From assembly GCA_963845185.1 (NCBI GenBank), contig CAWJRG010000001.1, positions 192,001-256,000 on the forward strand: 64,000 bases of DNA, in the 5' to 3' direction. The notes below the pieces were generated by a model. That model made no database searches and was not told the origin of the DNA. It saw only the letters and a program-made list of their open reading frames with translations. Origin of the DNA: an uncultured bacterium. Lineage in GTDB: Bacteria > Oederibacteriota > PGYV01 > CAWJRG01. Of the stretch, positions 51,956 through 62,475 are shown piece by piece. Position numbers and translations under genes: made by a program. The stretch's first letter is position 1; every line of letters starts with the position of its first letter.

Positions 51956-52027
51956 TTCATCTCACCTCCTGCACTAGATTGTATTTCGTAAAATTATAAC
52001 TTATCCTATTTCCCATTTTCACAACGG

Positions 52028-53389
52028 CTATTTACTTCCTACCAGTATCTCAGGTATTCTTATTGTTGGCTGCGCATCGGAAACCGGCACTCCCTGCCCG
52101 TCCTTGCCGCATGTCCCAACGTCGAATCCCAAATCATTGCATACCGCGTCAATTGTATTCAATACATTCGCCCCGTTTCCCATTAAAGTGGCGCTGCGCA
52201 GCGGTTCTCCAACCTCGCCGTTTTCTATCATATATGCTTCCCCTACTTCAAAAATAAAATCCCCCGTGACCGTATTAACCTGCCCTCCACCCATCCTTTT
52301 TACAAATATGCCGTATTTTGTGTCTTTTATCAAGTCTTTTACCGAACCTGAACCGCTGGCTATCATTGTATTTGTCATCCTCGGTATTGGCTTGAATTTA
52401 TACGATTCCCTCCTGCCGTTTCCAGTTGGCATTGCCAGGTCTTTCAATGCCGTAAGCCTGTCATACATGTAACTCCGCAAAATCCCGTTTTCCACAAGTA
52501 TCTTTTTCTGCGACTGTATGCCTTCATCGTCAAATGAAAAAGAGCCCCTTTTATTTAGAATAGTCGCGTCATCCACTACGGTCACAATATCCGAAGCCAC
52601 TTTCTCGCCGACCCTGTCTTTTTTATAAGGCGACATCCCTTTCTGCACAATGTCTGCTTCAAGCGAATGCCCCACAGCCTCGTGTATCAAAGTGCCCCCT
52701 GCTTCCGAAGATATTATTGCCGGCATTTTTCCGGCTATTTTTTTATCCGTGGACAGCAGCCTCACGCTAAGTTCTGCCGCGTGCTTGACATAATCCATTA
52801 CTCTTTCTTCTCGCAAAAGCTCGTAGCCCTTGCGCCCCGACACCGCTTTATAAGCAGTCTCCATGGTCCCGTCTTTCGCCGCTATAATAAGCACGCTCAG
52901 CGTGGTATAAACCCTTTGCTCGGCTGCGTGCAGTCCCCTGTCGTTTATTATTTCAACGTCCTGGGTTTTCTCGGAATAAGTTATATTTACCTGTTTTATG
53001 AGCCCGCTGACCCCGCGCGCCAGTTCGTTTATTTTTTTCAAATAATCTATCTTTTCGGCAATATCCACCATTTGCGGGTATATTTTTACCCCATGTTTTA
53101 TTTCAGGTTCAACTTCGCTGAATACAAAATCCCCGGCCCGGTCTTTCATGCCGCCGCAAATAGAATTGATAATACCCTGCGTGTTTGCCGGGTTGTTAGT
53201 GTACCCGTAAAAAGTTTTATAATCCCTCACGCCCCTTATGCCCGTGCCGATGTCCACGCCTGAAGTTATCCTGTCTATATTGTTGTTTTCATAAGTGATT
53301 GTAGTTGTCTTTGATTCTTCTTCAAAGACATCCCATATCTGGAATCCCGCGCCTGCCAGTTTGTTCAATTCTTTTTTATCTAAATTCAT
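52028..53389 (-). CDS. tldD: TldD/PmbA family metalloprotease
   Basis: HEAVGHSLEAD, FDDEG, TGNGRRES, PRMTNT, GKDGQ.VPV. Confidence 0.92.
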   Translation of the reverse strand: MNLDKKELNKLAGAGFQIWDVFEEESKTTTITYENNNIDRITSGVDIGTGIRGVRDYKTFYGYTNNPANTQGIINSICGGMKDRAGDFVFSEVEPEIKHGVKIYPQMVDIAEKIDYLKKINELARGVSGLIKQVNITYSEKTQDVEIINDRGLHAAEQRVYTTLSVLIIAAKDGTMETAYKAVSGRKGYELLREERVMDYVKHAAELSVRLLSTDKKIAGKMPAIISSEAGGTLIHEAVGHSLEADIVQKGMSPYKKDRVGEKVASDIVTVVDDATILNKRGSFSFDDEGIQSQKKILVENGILRSYMYDRLTALKDLAMPTGNGRRESYKFKPIPRMTNTMIASGSGSVKDLIKDTKYGIFVKRMGGGQVNTVTGDFIFEVGEAYMIENGEVGEPLRSATLMGNGANVLNTIDAVCNDLGFDVGTCGKDGQGVPVSDAQPTIRIPEILVGSK

Positions 53390-53555
53390 CCCCTTTATTA
53401 CCTTTCTCGTGCTTTATGGCGGCCAGCGCCCAGACTATGAACGCGAGCGAAAAAAGGCCTATGTAAATAAATACTAAATTAAACCCGTATCTGATCATGC
53501 CGTAAACCGAAGATATAAATATTATTCCGAATGTTGCTGCCAGAATTGCATACAT
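53376..53555 (-). CDS. Small two-TM membrane protein (59 aa, not in ORF track)
   Basis: ATG directly after the rnhA stop, with AAGGAGG upstream; MYAILAATFGIIFISSVYGMIRYGFNLVFIYIGLFSLAFIVWALAAIKHEKGNKGDEFR; stop overlaps the tldD start. Confidence 0.65.
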   Translation of the reverse strand: MYAILAATFGIIFISSVYGMIRYGFNLVFIYIGLFSLAFIVWALAAIKHEKGNKGDEFR

Positions 53556-53966
53556 TTAAATTTCTCCTCCTTTTTTGCACGCGGCTTTGGCGAGTTTGTC
53601 CGCTTCCTTGTTTCTTTCGCGGGGCACGTGATCGACCGTAAAATTAATTTTGCTTTTATGCCTGAATATGGAAAACATAAACTTCTTCAGGTTTTCGTTC
53701 TTTACCTTGTATTCTCCGCTGAGCTGTTTTACGAGCAGCTCGCTGTCAGAATAAATCCTGATTTTTTTAATATTGTACTTTTGGCACAAATCCAGTAGAT
53801 GCGTCAGCGCTGTATATTCAGCCACATTATTGGTTGTTTCTCCTATATATTTCGACTCGGTGAGCAGCTCGTCTTTACCGTTGTATATTACAATCCCTAT
53901 CCCCGAGTGCCCGGGGTTCCCGCTTGATGCTCCGTCAATGAATGCTGTGTAATCCGCTTTAACCAT
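53556..53966 (-). CDS. rnhA: Ribonuclease HI-family protein
   Basis: DGASSGNPG, TNNVAEY, DSELLV.Q, PRERNKEADKLA. Confidence 0.9.
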   Translation of the reverse strand: MVKADYTAFIDGASSGNPGHSGIGIVIYNGKDELLTESKYIGETTNNVAEYTALTHLLDLCQKYNIKKIRIYSDSELLVKQLSGEYKVKNENLKKFMFSIFRHKSKINFTVDHVPRERNKEADKLAKAACKKGGEI

Positions 53967-54001
53967 ATATGCCCGTTTCCTTTCAAAAGTCTAATGTATA
54001 T

Positions 54002-54841
54002 TTAAAAATTAACTGCCTCATGTATTTCTTTAAGCTGCGCCAGTATGCTTGAAACCTTATCCAGCGGATATTGCGTATCCCTGTCAGACAGTGCGTTTTT
54101 TATGTCATGATGCACTTCCAAAAATACGCCGTTCGCGCCCGCTGCAACCGCTCCTTTTGCTATTGTTTCAATAAATTCCCTGTCCCCGCCGGACCTGTCG
54201 CCTGCACCGCCCGGCCTCTGCACCGAATGCGTAGCATCAATTACAACCGGGTATCCCTTTGTTTTCATGTAAGCTATACTGCGTAAATCAACGACAAGGT
54301 TGTTATAGCCGAAGGTAAACCCGCGTTCGGTCAAAAGTATATTTTTGTTGCCTGCGCTTTCCACTTTTCTTAATATATTATCAATCTCAAACGGCGACAG
54401 GAACTCGCCTTTCTTAATATTAACGGCCTTGCCTGTTCTGGCGCTCGCAGTTAAAAGGTCGGTCTGCCTGCATAAAAATGCAGGTATCTGTATAACGTCA
54501 ACGACTTTTCCCGCCTTAATTGCCTGGCTGGTATCATGCACGTCAGTTAATATTGCCACGTTTAATTCCTTTTTTATTTTACTCAGTATTTTCAGGCCTT
54601 TATCAATGCCCGGTCCCCTGAAGCTTGCAATTGAGCTGCGGTTTGCCTTGTCATAGGACGCCTTGAAAATAAAAGGGATCCCGGAATATTCGCATACCTT
54701 TTTCAGCTCGCCGGCTATATGCATAGCCATTTTTTCGTTTTCAATTACACACGGCCCGGCGATTAAAAAGAAATCGCCCTGCGATATTGCCAGGTCTTTT
54801 GTTATTTTAATCTTTTTTAAAGCGTTTTTCTTTGTCTTCAT
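54002..54841 (-). CDS. kdsA: KDO8P synthase
   Basis: AGPCVIE, KASYDKANRSS, PAFLCRQTDL, DATHSVQ. Confidence 0.96.
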   Translation of the reverse strand: MKTKKNALKKIKITKDLAISQGDFFLIAGPCVIENEKMAMHIAGELKKVCEYSGIPFIFKASYDKANRSSIASFRGPGIDKGLKILSKIKKELNVAILTDVHDTSQAIKAGKVVDVIQIPAFLCRQTDLLTASARTGKAVNIKKGEFLSPFEIDNILRKVESAGNKNILLTERGFTFGYNNLVVDLRSIAYMKTKGYPVVIDATHSVQRPGGAGDRSGGDREFIETIAKGAVAAGANGVFLEVHHDIKNALSDRDTQYPLDKVSSILAQLKEIHEAVNF

Positions 54842-55007
54842 TGACCCACTCTGTTATTATGTTTTTCAACAGTTTCTCAAGCGGCATGTTGTATTTCTTC
54901 GCAAGCAGCTGCAGTGCGTCAAATTTCTCCTGCGCATTCATATGCTTTTTCTGCATGAATTCAAAAAGGTCCTGCTCTGCGGCTTTGTTTTTCTCATTTT
55001 CTTCCAT
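54807..55007 (-). CDS. Hypothetical small protein
   Basis: 66-aa charged ORF between pyrG and kdsA in operon orientation. Confidence 0.5.
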   Translation of the reverse strand: MEENEKNKAAEQDLFEFMQKKHMNAQEKFDALQLLAKKYNMPLEKLLKNIITEWVNEDKEKRFKKD

Positions 55008-55030
55008 GATATTTTCCGTAACGATTATTT

Positions 55031-55059
55031 GTAGAGACGACCCGGCGGGTCGTCTCTAC
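55031..55059. repeat. GTAG-type REP palindrome variant
   Basis: GTAGAGACGACCCG-g-CGGGTCGTCTCTAC. Confidence 0.82.
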
Positions 55060-55065
55060 TTCTTT

Positions 55066-56703
55066 TTATTTCTTCCCGTTCTTGCTTTTTGAATATTTCA
55101 GGGCTGCCTTCACAAATTCCCTGAACAAAGGATGCGCCTCAGTCGGTTTTGACTTGAATTCGGGATGGAACTGAACAGCGATAAACCACGGGTGCTTCGT
55201 GTATTCTACCATCTCCACGAGCACGCCGTCGGGCGATAACCCGCTTACAACAAATCCCTTTTCTTCGAATTTTTCCCTGTACTGGTTGTTAAACTCGTAC
55301 CTGTGCCTGTGCCTTTCAAAAATAACTTTTTCCTTGTAAGCGTCAAAAGATTTTGTTCCTTCTTTTATTTTGCACGGGTAGGCGCCGAGCCTCATTGAGC
55401 CGCCCATGTTTTTTACGCTTTTCTGCTCTTCAAGCATTGATATTACAGGATAACATGTTTCATTGTCAAATTCAGTGGAATTCGCGGATTTCATGGACAG
55501 CACGTTCCTTGCGAATTCAATTGTCGCGGACTGCATTCCAAGGCATATCCCCAGGAAAGGTATTTTCTTTTCCCTCGCATATTTTATCGCTTCCACTTTC
55601 CCTTCTATGCCCCTCGTGCCGAAACCTCCCGGCACCAGAATCCCATCCACACCGTTTAGTATTTTTCCCACCATGCCTTTCTTTTTTGCCGGCTCGATTT
55701 CCTTTTCAGAATCAACCCATTTTATATTAACTTTGCTGTTGTTCGCAATGCCGCCGTGTATTATGGCTTCTCTTATGCTTTTATACGCATCCTGCACGTC
55801 TATGTATTTACCAACTACCGCTATGTTCACCTCGTACGCCGGGTTTTTTATTTTCTTTAAAATTCCATCCCATACGCGAAGGTCGGACTTTTTGGCCTTA
55901 AGCCCGAGCTTTTCGATTATTATGTCATCCAGGCATTGGGCATGGAACATCTTTGGAACCTCATAAACCGACGGCACGTCGAGAGCCTGTATTACTGCCC
56001 TTTCCTCCACGTTGCAGAAAAGTGAAATTTTTTCCTTGTCGGCTTTCGATATCTTATGCTCAGTCCTGCATAAAAGTATATCCGGCTGGATACCAATGGA
56101 CCTCAAAGTGCTTACCGAATGCTGGGTCGGCTTTGTCTTTATCTCGCCCGCGGCGTGTATATACGGTATCAGCGTCAGATGTATATAAAGCACGTTTTGC
56201 CTGCCAAGGTCTTTCTGCATCTGCCTTATTGACTCCAGAAACGGCAGGCCTTCTATGTCTCCCACCGTACCGCCTACTTCTATTATCGCTACGTCAACAT
56301 TCTTTCCTTTTGCCACCTGCCTTATCCTGCTTTTTATCTCATTTGTCACGTGCGGCACTACCTGCACCGTCTTCCCGAGGTAATCACCTCGCCTTTCCTT
56401 TTCTATAATAGTGCTGTATATTTTGCCTGTTGTGACGTTGTTTAAAGCAGTTAGTTTCGCCGACGTATACCGCTCGTAATGCCCCAGGTCAAGGTCCGTT
56501 TCAGCCCCGTCCTCGGTCACGTAAACCTCACCGTGCTGAAAAGGGCTCATGGTTCCCGGGTCTACGTTTATGTAAGGGTCAAGCTTCTGCATGGTTATCT
56601 TTAACCCTCTTGCCTCCAGAAGCGCGCCTATGGAAGCCGAAGCTATGCCTTTACCCAGCGATGAAACAACTCCTCCAGTTACAAATATAAATTTTGTTTC
56701 CAT
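55066..56703 (-). CDS. pyrG: CTP synthase
   Basis: [35 protein letters not shown]. Confidence 0.98.
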   Translation of the reverse strand: METKFIFVTGGVVSSLGKGIASASIGALLEARGLKITMQKLDPYINVDPGTMSPFQHGEVYVTEDGAETDLDLGHYERYTSAKLTALNNVTTGKIYSTIIEKERRGDYLGKTVQVVPHVTNEIKSRIRQVAKGKNVDVAIIEVGGTVGDIEGLPFLESIRQMQKDLGRQNVLYIHLTLIPYIHAAGEIKTKPTQHSVSTLRSIGIQPDILLCRTEHKISKADKEKISLFCNVEERAVIQALDVPSVYEVPKMFHAQCLDDIIIEKLGLKAKKSDLRVWDGILKKIKNPAYEVNIAVVGKYIDVQDAYKSIREAIIHGGIANNSKVNIKWVDSEKEIEPAKKKGMVGKILNGVDGILVPGGFGTRGIEGKVEAIKYAREKKIPFLGICLGMQSATIEFARNVLSMKSANSTEFDNETCYPVISMLEEQKSVKNMGGSMRLGAYPCKIKEGTKSFDAYKEKVIFERHRHRYEFNNQYREKFEEKGFVVSGLSPDGVLVEMVEYTKHPWFIAVQFHPEFKSKPTEAHPLFREFVKAALKYSKSKNGKK

Positions 56704-56713
56704 GTTTTTCGCC

Positions 56714-57445
56714 TCATCGAATCGATTTTTTAAATTTCTTCAGGTCTTCTTTGGTATCTATGCCTATGCTCCTGCTTTTTGCCACTACTACCTTAATCAA
56801 ACAGCCGTTTTCTATAGCCCTTAACTGCTCGAGTTTTTCTATTTTTTCGTAATTGCTTTTCATGCCCGACCACTTGTCCAGCACGCCTTTCCTGTAAGCG
56901 TATATGCCTATATGCTTTAATCCCTGCCTGGCAGCGCCCGGCCTGTCACGGTCAAAAGGCACCGCCGCCCTGGAAAAATAAAGGGCGTTTCCTTCTGCCC
57001 CGGTTACCACCTTTACCACTCCCGGGTCGTTCATATCCACGGTGCTTGTAATAGGCGAGGCAAGTGTGGCCATATCGTATTTTTTTTCCTTTATAAGCGC
57101 GTCAATTACTTTGTCTATAAGCCTCGGCTCCAGGCTGGGCTCGTCGCCCTGGATATTTACTATTATATCATTTATGTTTGCTTTTATCGAGCGCAGCGCT
57201 TCTCTTATCCTTTCCGTGCCGGATTTGCATTTCTTCGATGTCATTATCACGCTGCAGCCGTTTTTTTCAAGAATTTTTTTTATCCTGATGTTATCAGTTG
57301 CGACATAAAGCTTTCTTATGAGTTTTGCGCGGCTCGCGTTTTCACACACGTACTGTATTATGGTTTTGCCTTTTACTTTTATCAGCATCTTTTCAGCCAG
57401 CCGGGTTGATTTCAGACGCGCCGGGATGACACCTATTATGTTCAC
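56714..57445 (-). CDS. kdsB: CMP-Kdo synthetase
   Basis: [42 protein letters not shown]. Confidence 0.95.
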   Translation of the reverse strand: MNIIGVIPARLKSTRLAEKMLIKVKGKTIIQYVCENASRAKLIRKLYVATDNIRIKKILEKNGCSVIMTSKKCKSGTERIREALRSIKANINDIIVNIQGDEPSLEPRLIDKVIDALIKEKKYDMATLASPITSTVDMNDPGVVKVVTGAEGNALYFSRAAVPFDRDRPGAARQGLKHIGIYAYRKGVLDKWSGMKSNYEKIEKLEQLRAIENGCLIKVVVAKSRSIGIDTKEDLKKFKKSIR

Positions 57446-57945
57446 TTAGCTCTCCTGTTTCCGTAATTTTCCAGCACTTTCTTGATAATATTGGTCGTAG
57501 AAAAGCCTTTTTCGTATTTTATGTTTTTCACAACTCCGCCTGCTGCTTTTACTATATCGGCGCCTATTATTTTATCTATTTTCCAGTCGCCGCCCTTCAC
57601 TAGCACATTCGGCACAATATCCTTTATTATATTATACGGGTCAGATTCGTAAAATACCGTCACTATATCTACACATGAAAGTGCCGAGAGTACTTCTGCC
57701 CTTTCCCTTTGCGTTACTATTGGCCTGTTCATGCCCTTAATGCACCTGACCGACGAATCGCTGTTTAATGCCACTATAAGTATGTCTCCGAATGCTTTTG
57801 CTTTTTTCAGGAGCCTTACATGGCCGCTATGCAGGATGTCATAACAGCCGTTTGTAAATACTACCTTTTTCCCGGCTTTCTTGAGTCTTTTTACTTTATT
57901 TACCAGCTTTTTCCTGCTGAATATTATTTTATCCTGAAGCTTCAT
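57442..57945 (-). CDS. rfaE2: Heptose 1-phosphate adenylyltransferase (HldE domain II)
   Basis: FTNGCYDILHSGH, LNSDSSV, RP, LVKGGDW, STT. Confidence 0.9.
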   Translation of the reverse strand: MKLQDKIIFSRKKLVNKVKRLKKAGKKVVFTNGCYDILHSGHVRLLKKAKAFGDILIVALNSDSSVRCIKGMNRPIVTQRERAEVLSALSCVDIVTVFYESDPYNIIKDIVPNVLVKGGDWKIDKIIGADIVKAAGGVVKNIKYEKGFSTTNIIKKVLENYGNRRAK

Positions 57946-58918
57946 TAACCGCAGCCTTTAATTCCATCGGCGTCAAAACCGCTACTCCTACCTCGGCCAC
58001 AACCCTGCCAGCCGCTATGTTTGCCAGTTTTGCCGCTTCTTTGAAATTCGCGCCCGCGCATAAAGCAAGCGTCGCCACGCTTATTGCAGTATCGCCTGCG
58101 CCCGTGACATCGTATACTTCCTTTGCTTCTGTCGGTATGGTATGCAATACGGCGCCTTTTTCATAAATTGACAGGCCTTCCTCGCCCCTTGTAATCATTA
58201 TGGCCTCGGAATCCGTCAGTTCTTTTAATTTTTTAGCAACGGCAAGCACGTCTTTCTCGTTCTTTATGCTAATGCCCGCTGCTTCGGATGCTTCTTTTTT
58301 ATTTGGCGATATAAGAGTAACACCCTTAAATATCTTTATATTATCCGGTTTCGGGTCCACTGTTATAATTTTCCCTTTTGCCATGGCTACAACCGAGGAT
58401 ACGAGTTCTTTTGTTATCATGCCTTTTTCGTAATCCGAGAAAATCACAGCGTCAATCTTGCCTATGAATACCGATATGCTTTTCACCACGTCTTTTATGG
58501 TTTTTGCCTGCACATCCATTTTATATTCTTTATCAATCCTCACTACCTGCTGGCTGTGGGCAAAAACCCTGGTTTTCACCGTTGTCGGCCTGTTTTTATC
58601 CCAGGCAATTGCCTCAGTGTTTACATTATGCTTTTTTAAATAGTCGAGGAGCTTGTGCGCGTTTAAGTCCGAGCCGACCACTCCGGCCGCGTAAACCTTG
58701 GCGCCCAGCGAAATCAGGTTAAGTATTACATTTGCAGCGCCGCCAGGTTTGGTTTCTTCTTTTTTTACCTCAACCACGGGTATCGGGGCTTCAGGCGATA
58801 TTCTTGTTACGCTGCCCCATATATATTCGTCAAGCATAAGGTCGCCTATGACAAGTACTTTCTTGTTTTTAAATTTTCCTATCATCAGGGCCATGGATTT
58901 TTTGTTTATTCCCTGCAT
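57929..58918 (-). CDS. rfaE1: Heptose 7-phosphate kinase (HldE domain I)
   Basis: GDLMLDEY, RISPEAPIPV, GGAANV, SDYEKG, DVTGAGDT. Confidence 0.92.
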   Translation of the reverse strand: MQGINKKSMALMIGKFKNKKVLVIGDLMLDEYIWGSVTRISPEAPIPVVEVKKEETKPGGAANVILNLISLGAKVYAAGVVGSDLNAHKLLDYLKKHNVNTEAIAWDKNRPTTVKTRVFAHSQQVVRIDKEYKMDVQAKTIKDVVKSISVFIGKIDAVIFSDYEKGMITKELVSSVVAMAKGKIITVDPKPDNIKIFKGVTLISPNKKEASEAAGISIKNEKDVLAVAKKLKELTDSEAIMITRGEEGLSIYEKGAVLHTIPTEAKEVYDVTGAGDTAISVATLALCAGANFKEAAKLANIAAGRVVAEVGVAVLTPMELKAAVNEASG

Positions 58919-59493
58919 TATTTTTTACCTACAAGCTTTTGCTCGACTATGTCGCATATTATATGCAAAAAAGTAATGTGCGTTTCCTGTATGCGCATGG
59001 TGTTTTTTGACTGCACGTCAATCAGTATGTCGCACTCGTTTTTCATCTTGCCCCCGCCCTCGCCGGTAAAACCGATAATTTTCAACTTTTGTTTTTTCGC
59101 CTGTTTTATTGCCAAAAGGACATTTTTAGAATTCCCTGATGTTGACAATGCAACCGCGCAGTCCCCAGGCTTGCCAAGCGCTTCTATTTGGCGTTCGAAT
59201 ACCATGTCAAAACCGAAATCATTTCCGCAGGAAGTAAGTATTGAGGTGTCGGTCGTAAGGGCAATTGCGGGGTATGCCTTCCTGTTTTCCTTAAGCCTCA
59301 CAACCAATTCAGTTGCGATGTGCTGGGAATCCGCTGCAGACCCGCCGTTTCCAAAGATAAGGATTTTATTGCCGTTTTTCAGGGTTTCGTAGATTATATT
59401 AACTGCTTTTTCAAGGCTGGCTTTGTGCTTTTCAAAGGTTTTTTCCTTTACTTCCATGCTTTCTTTCACGCAATCATAAAAATATTCCTGCAT
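58918..59493 (-). CDS. gmhA: Phosphoheptose isomerase
   Basis: GNGGSAADSQH, ALTTDTS, NDFG, STSGNS, IQETH. Confidence 0.95.
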   Translation of the reverse strand: MQEYFYDCVKESMEVKEKTFEKHKASLEKAVNIIYETLKNGNKILIFGNGGSAADSQHIATELVVRLKENRKAYPAIALTTDTSILTSCGNDFGFDMVFERQIEALGKPGDCAVALSTSGNSKNVLLAIKQAKKQKLKIIGFTGEGGGKMKNECDILIDVQSKNTMRIQETHITFLHIICDIVEQKLVGKK

Positions 59494-59741
59494 TCGCTTC
59501 TCCCGTGTGATTTTTTATCCGCATGTGGTGGAACCCCGCCGCAGCAGTCGGCGGATCCTTTAATAACCACCGGAGGTTATCATAAGTTCCCTCCGGAAAG
59601 GTATAATATATTCCCCAACCAAAGTTGGGGAATTTCTTTCTGGATTAATTATAAGACAGTTTTATATTTTTAGTCAATGGTAAAAGCATGCAGTCGTCAG
59701 TAGTAGTTCAAACCTTATCACTGCTATATAATTGACTTTTT

Positions 59742-59924
59742 CTATACATAACCATGGCATTTAAATTCACTTTCACCGTGCTGGTCTATGCGCATAAGAT
59801 TGCACAGGACTTCTTCGGATAGTTTCCCGTCATTAACACAGGTTACGCACAGGCCGGGTTTGGGAATCAAATTTTGATTTATGCGCGTGCCATCATCGAG
59901 AAAATAGCCTTCATCGTCAAGCAT
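59742..59924 (-). CDS. Small Cys-containing hypothetical protein (start uncertain)
   Basis: DDGT.IN..LIPKP.LC..C...C...R.DQ.....F.C pattern. Confidence 0.55.
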   Translation of the reverse strand: MLDDEGYFLDDGTRINQNLIPKPGLCVTCVNDGKLSEEVLCNLMRIDQHGESEFKCHGYV

Positions 59925-59963
59925 ATATCACCTATCATTTTTTTGAAACATATGCAAGTGCCC

Positions 59964-61031
59964 TCACTCCGCTTCCACGAGGGTTGCGCTCTGGAGAACC
60001 GCATCAACGCTTCCTATGGCTATATGGCTTTTCAGGAGCACCGGTACCCTGTTTGCGTCGTCGGTAACCCAAATATCAAGCTCTCCTTTTTGCTTGAAAA
60101 TACCTTCGAATTTCAAATATGGCCTGATAATAATGCAGTCAAAGGTTCCGGCGTCAACAGTGACCTTTTCCTTCCCGACTTTTTTTACGAGCACCTGGTA
60201 CGGCTTGCCCTCATCAGAGCAAACATCTATATAAACCTCGTCTTTTCCTGTCATGTCTATGTTCCTGAAAAAATACAGTTCAGACAGTACGTCCTGCACA
60301 AATGAAGGGACTTTATACTGCTCTTTTGTATATTTTATAGCAAGCTGCTTCTCGGGAAAAAACTCTATTCCGCTGTATGCCTTATACGTGCCTTCCTCCA
60401 GGTTTTTGCTGTATTTCAGGGAAAATAGCCCCAGGACATCCATGTATGATTCGATTTTATCATTAACCCTGTAAAATGTCTCAAAAACCGGCGCGGTCCT
60501 TGCCGTTGCCACTATATGATAAGCCTGCCTGTTATGTATTTCATCCATTTCCTTTATTTCAAGTATGCCTACACCTGCGGTTATGTTGAAATACTTGACT
60601 GAGTACACCAGTTTTTCGCCGACACCGAAACATTTATTTACGACTGTCCTGTATTCAAATGCCTTTTCAGCCGGTTTTATCTGCTGTCGCGGGTCATCCT
60701 TGAAATCATTCGGGTCTAGTACAGGCAGGAAAAATTTCTGGCCTTTATGTACATAGTAAGGCGGCTTAATTTTATTCGCGCTTGCTATGGCTTTCCAGCA
60801 CAGGGGATTGTTGTAATTTTTCCTCGCTATGCTCCACATTGTATCATCTTCCAGCGCGTAATAATATTCAGCCCGCTTTGGTTGTTCTTTTATAACAGCG
60901 GCTTCGGCTTGTTTCTTAAGTTTTGCTTCCTGCTTTTGTATTTTAATTTTTGCGATTTTTTGTACCTGGACACCGGCGCAGGAACAAAATATAAATGCCG
61001 CTGCGGCAAAAAAAATCACTGCATTTTTCAT
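59964..61031 (-). CDS. Lipoprotein with LysM and DUF3108-like domains
   Basis: Lipobox-like CSC; DTMWSIA..Y....W..IA.AN LysM; GEKL.Y...., V.V.AGTFDC, W.T.D..R.PV. Confidence 0.75.
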   Translation of the reverse strand: MKNAVIFFAAAAFIFCSCAGVQVQKIAKIKIQKQEAKLKKQAEAAVIKEQPKRAEYYYALEDDTMWSIARKNYNNPLCWKAIASANKIKPPYYVHKGQKFFLPVLDPNDFKDDPRQQIKPAEKAFEYRTVVNKCFGVGEKLVYSVKYFNITAGVGILEIKEMDEIHNRQAYHIVATARTAPVFETFYRVNDKIESYMDVLGLFSLKYSKNLEEGTYKAYSGIEFFPEKQLAIKYTKEQYKVPSFVQDVLSELYFFRNIDMTGKDEVYIDVCSDEGKPYQVLVKKVGKEKVTVDAGTFDCIIIRPYLKFEGIFKQKGELDIWVTDDANRVPVLLKSHIAIGSVDAVLQSATLVEAE

Positions 61032-62002
61032 GGCGCCGCCTTCCTTAAAAGCAACGCGGCTTTCTGCGCCACGTAATCGGCGCTTATGGCATCCATGGGG
61101 CTTCCCTCGGCCGGCATTATTATTTCAGCCATATTGCCGATCGGCCTCCACCTTGTGGGCTTTATCCCGGAAAAAGGAAAAAAGGAAATTGTTCTTACCC
61201 CCAACGCAGCCGCTATGTGCATTGGGCCTGTGCTGGCGCTTATAAAAAGCTTTGAATGCCTGATTACCGATGCCAGCTGCCTTATCGAAAGATGCTCATT
61301 CATGATTGCCACATTCTTCCTGTTTTTCAGGCAGCCGTATATTTCCCTGGCTTTAAACTGCTCGCCTTTGCCGCTGGCAATCAGGATTTTTGTTTTTGTC
61401 ATTCCCGCCAGCTTTTCGATGATTTCAGAATACCGCATTACGCTCAGGTTTTCAGCCTGGCCCCTCCCGCCCGGATATACTATGACAAATCCCGGCTTTA
61501 TGCCCTTTTTCCCGAGGTATTTCTTGGCCTCCAGTATTTCAATTTTCTCAAGGTATAAATAAAGCTTCTCTGCTTTTTTCTCGCCTATTATATCCCTCGC
61601 CTGCATGAGGTTATAGTCGGCTTCGTGCATCAGGGAATATTTCCTGTGCATTTTTATCCTTTTGTTGAAAAATAAAAACGAATACCACCTGTATGCTGTC
61701 CCTATCCTCTCAGGTATGCCTGCCTTCTTGATAAGCCGGGCAACGCCAAAGCGCGGGAATAAAATTATTGCCGTATCAAATCCGTAACCCCTTAGTTTTG
61801 CAGCCAGTCCCCCTGTACTTCCTTTTTTGTAAATTATTATTTCGTCGACTTCTGGGTTGTTTTCAATGACGCCTTTCGCGTAGTCGCTGGCAAGCACCGC
61901 AAGGAAGCAGCCTTTTATCCTTTTCTTTATTTCATGTATAAGTGGCGTGGCGAGAAGCAGGTCGCCTACGGCGTCCGTGCGGGAAATCAGGATTTTTTTC
62001 AT
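61028..62002 (-). CDS. Glycosyltransferase family 9 (heptosyltransferase-like)
   Basis: R.DAVGDLLL.TP, NPEVDE, STGPMHIAAALG, RWRP. Confidence 0.88.
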   Translation of the reverse strand: MKKILISRTDAVGDLLLATPLIHEIKKRIKGCFLAVLASDYAKGVIENNPEVDEIIIYKKGSTGGLAAKLRGYGFDTAIILFPRFGVARLIKKAGIPERIGTAYRWYSFLFFNKRIKMHRKYSLMHEADYNLMQARDIIGEKKAEKLYLYLEKIEILEAKKYLGKKGIKPGFVIVYPGGRGQAENLSVMRYSEIIEKLAGMTKTKILIASGKGEQFKAREIYGCLKNRKNVAIMNEHLSIRQLASVIRHSKLFISASTGPMHIAAALGVRTISFFPFSGIKPTRWRPIGNMAEIIMPAEGSPMDAISADYVAQKAALLLRKAAP

Positions 62003-62475
62003 TTGTATTTGTCCACTATTGTCTTTATCAGGTCTTTTGTGGAATGCCTTTTCCTGTCGCCGACAATAGCTATTTTTATACCCAGTCTTTTCGCAATATC
62101 CCTTTCAGGCACGGTGTTTTTCGTATAATCGGTCCCTTTTGCGTGGAAATCCGGCCTCAAAACCTCAAGCGTCCTGTCCACGGTAAGCTCATTAAATACC
62201 GTTATATAATCCACAAACTCAAACTCGGACAGGATTTCAGCGCGTTCTTTTGCCCCCACAAGCGGCCGCCCCTTGCCTTTAAGTTTCCGGACTGAATTGT
62301 CCGAGTTAAGCCCGACAATCAGCACGTCTCCTTTTGCGCGCGCGCCTTTTAAAAACCTTATATGCCCCACATGCAGAATGTCAAAACACCCGTTCGCGAA
62401 CACGACTTTTTTCCCGCGCTTTTTTATTTTCCTTATTATGCCTGCAAGCTGTTCCCTGCTTTTAAGCTTTGACAT
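61999..62475 (-). CDS. Second HldE-domain-II-like nucleotidyltransferase
   Basis: FANGCFDILHVGH, NSDNSVRKLKG.GRP, HAKGTDY. Confidence 0.88.
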   Translation of the reverse strand: MSKLKSREQLAGIIRKIKKRGKKVVFANGCFDILHVGHIRFLKGARAKGDVLIVGLNSDNSVRKLKGKGRPLVGAKERAEILSEFEFVDYITVFNELTVDRTLEVLRPDFHAKGTDYTKNTVPERDIAKRLGIKIAIVGDRKRHSTKDLIKTIVDKYK

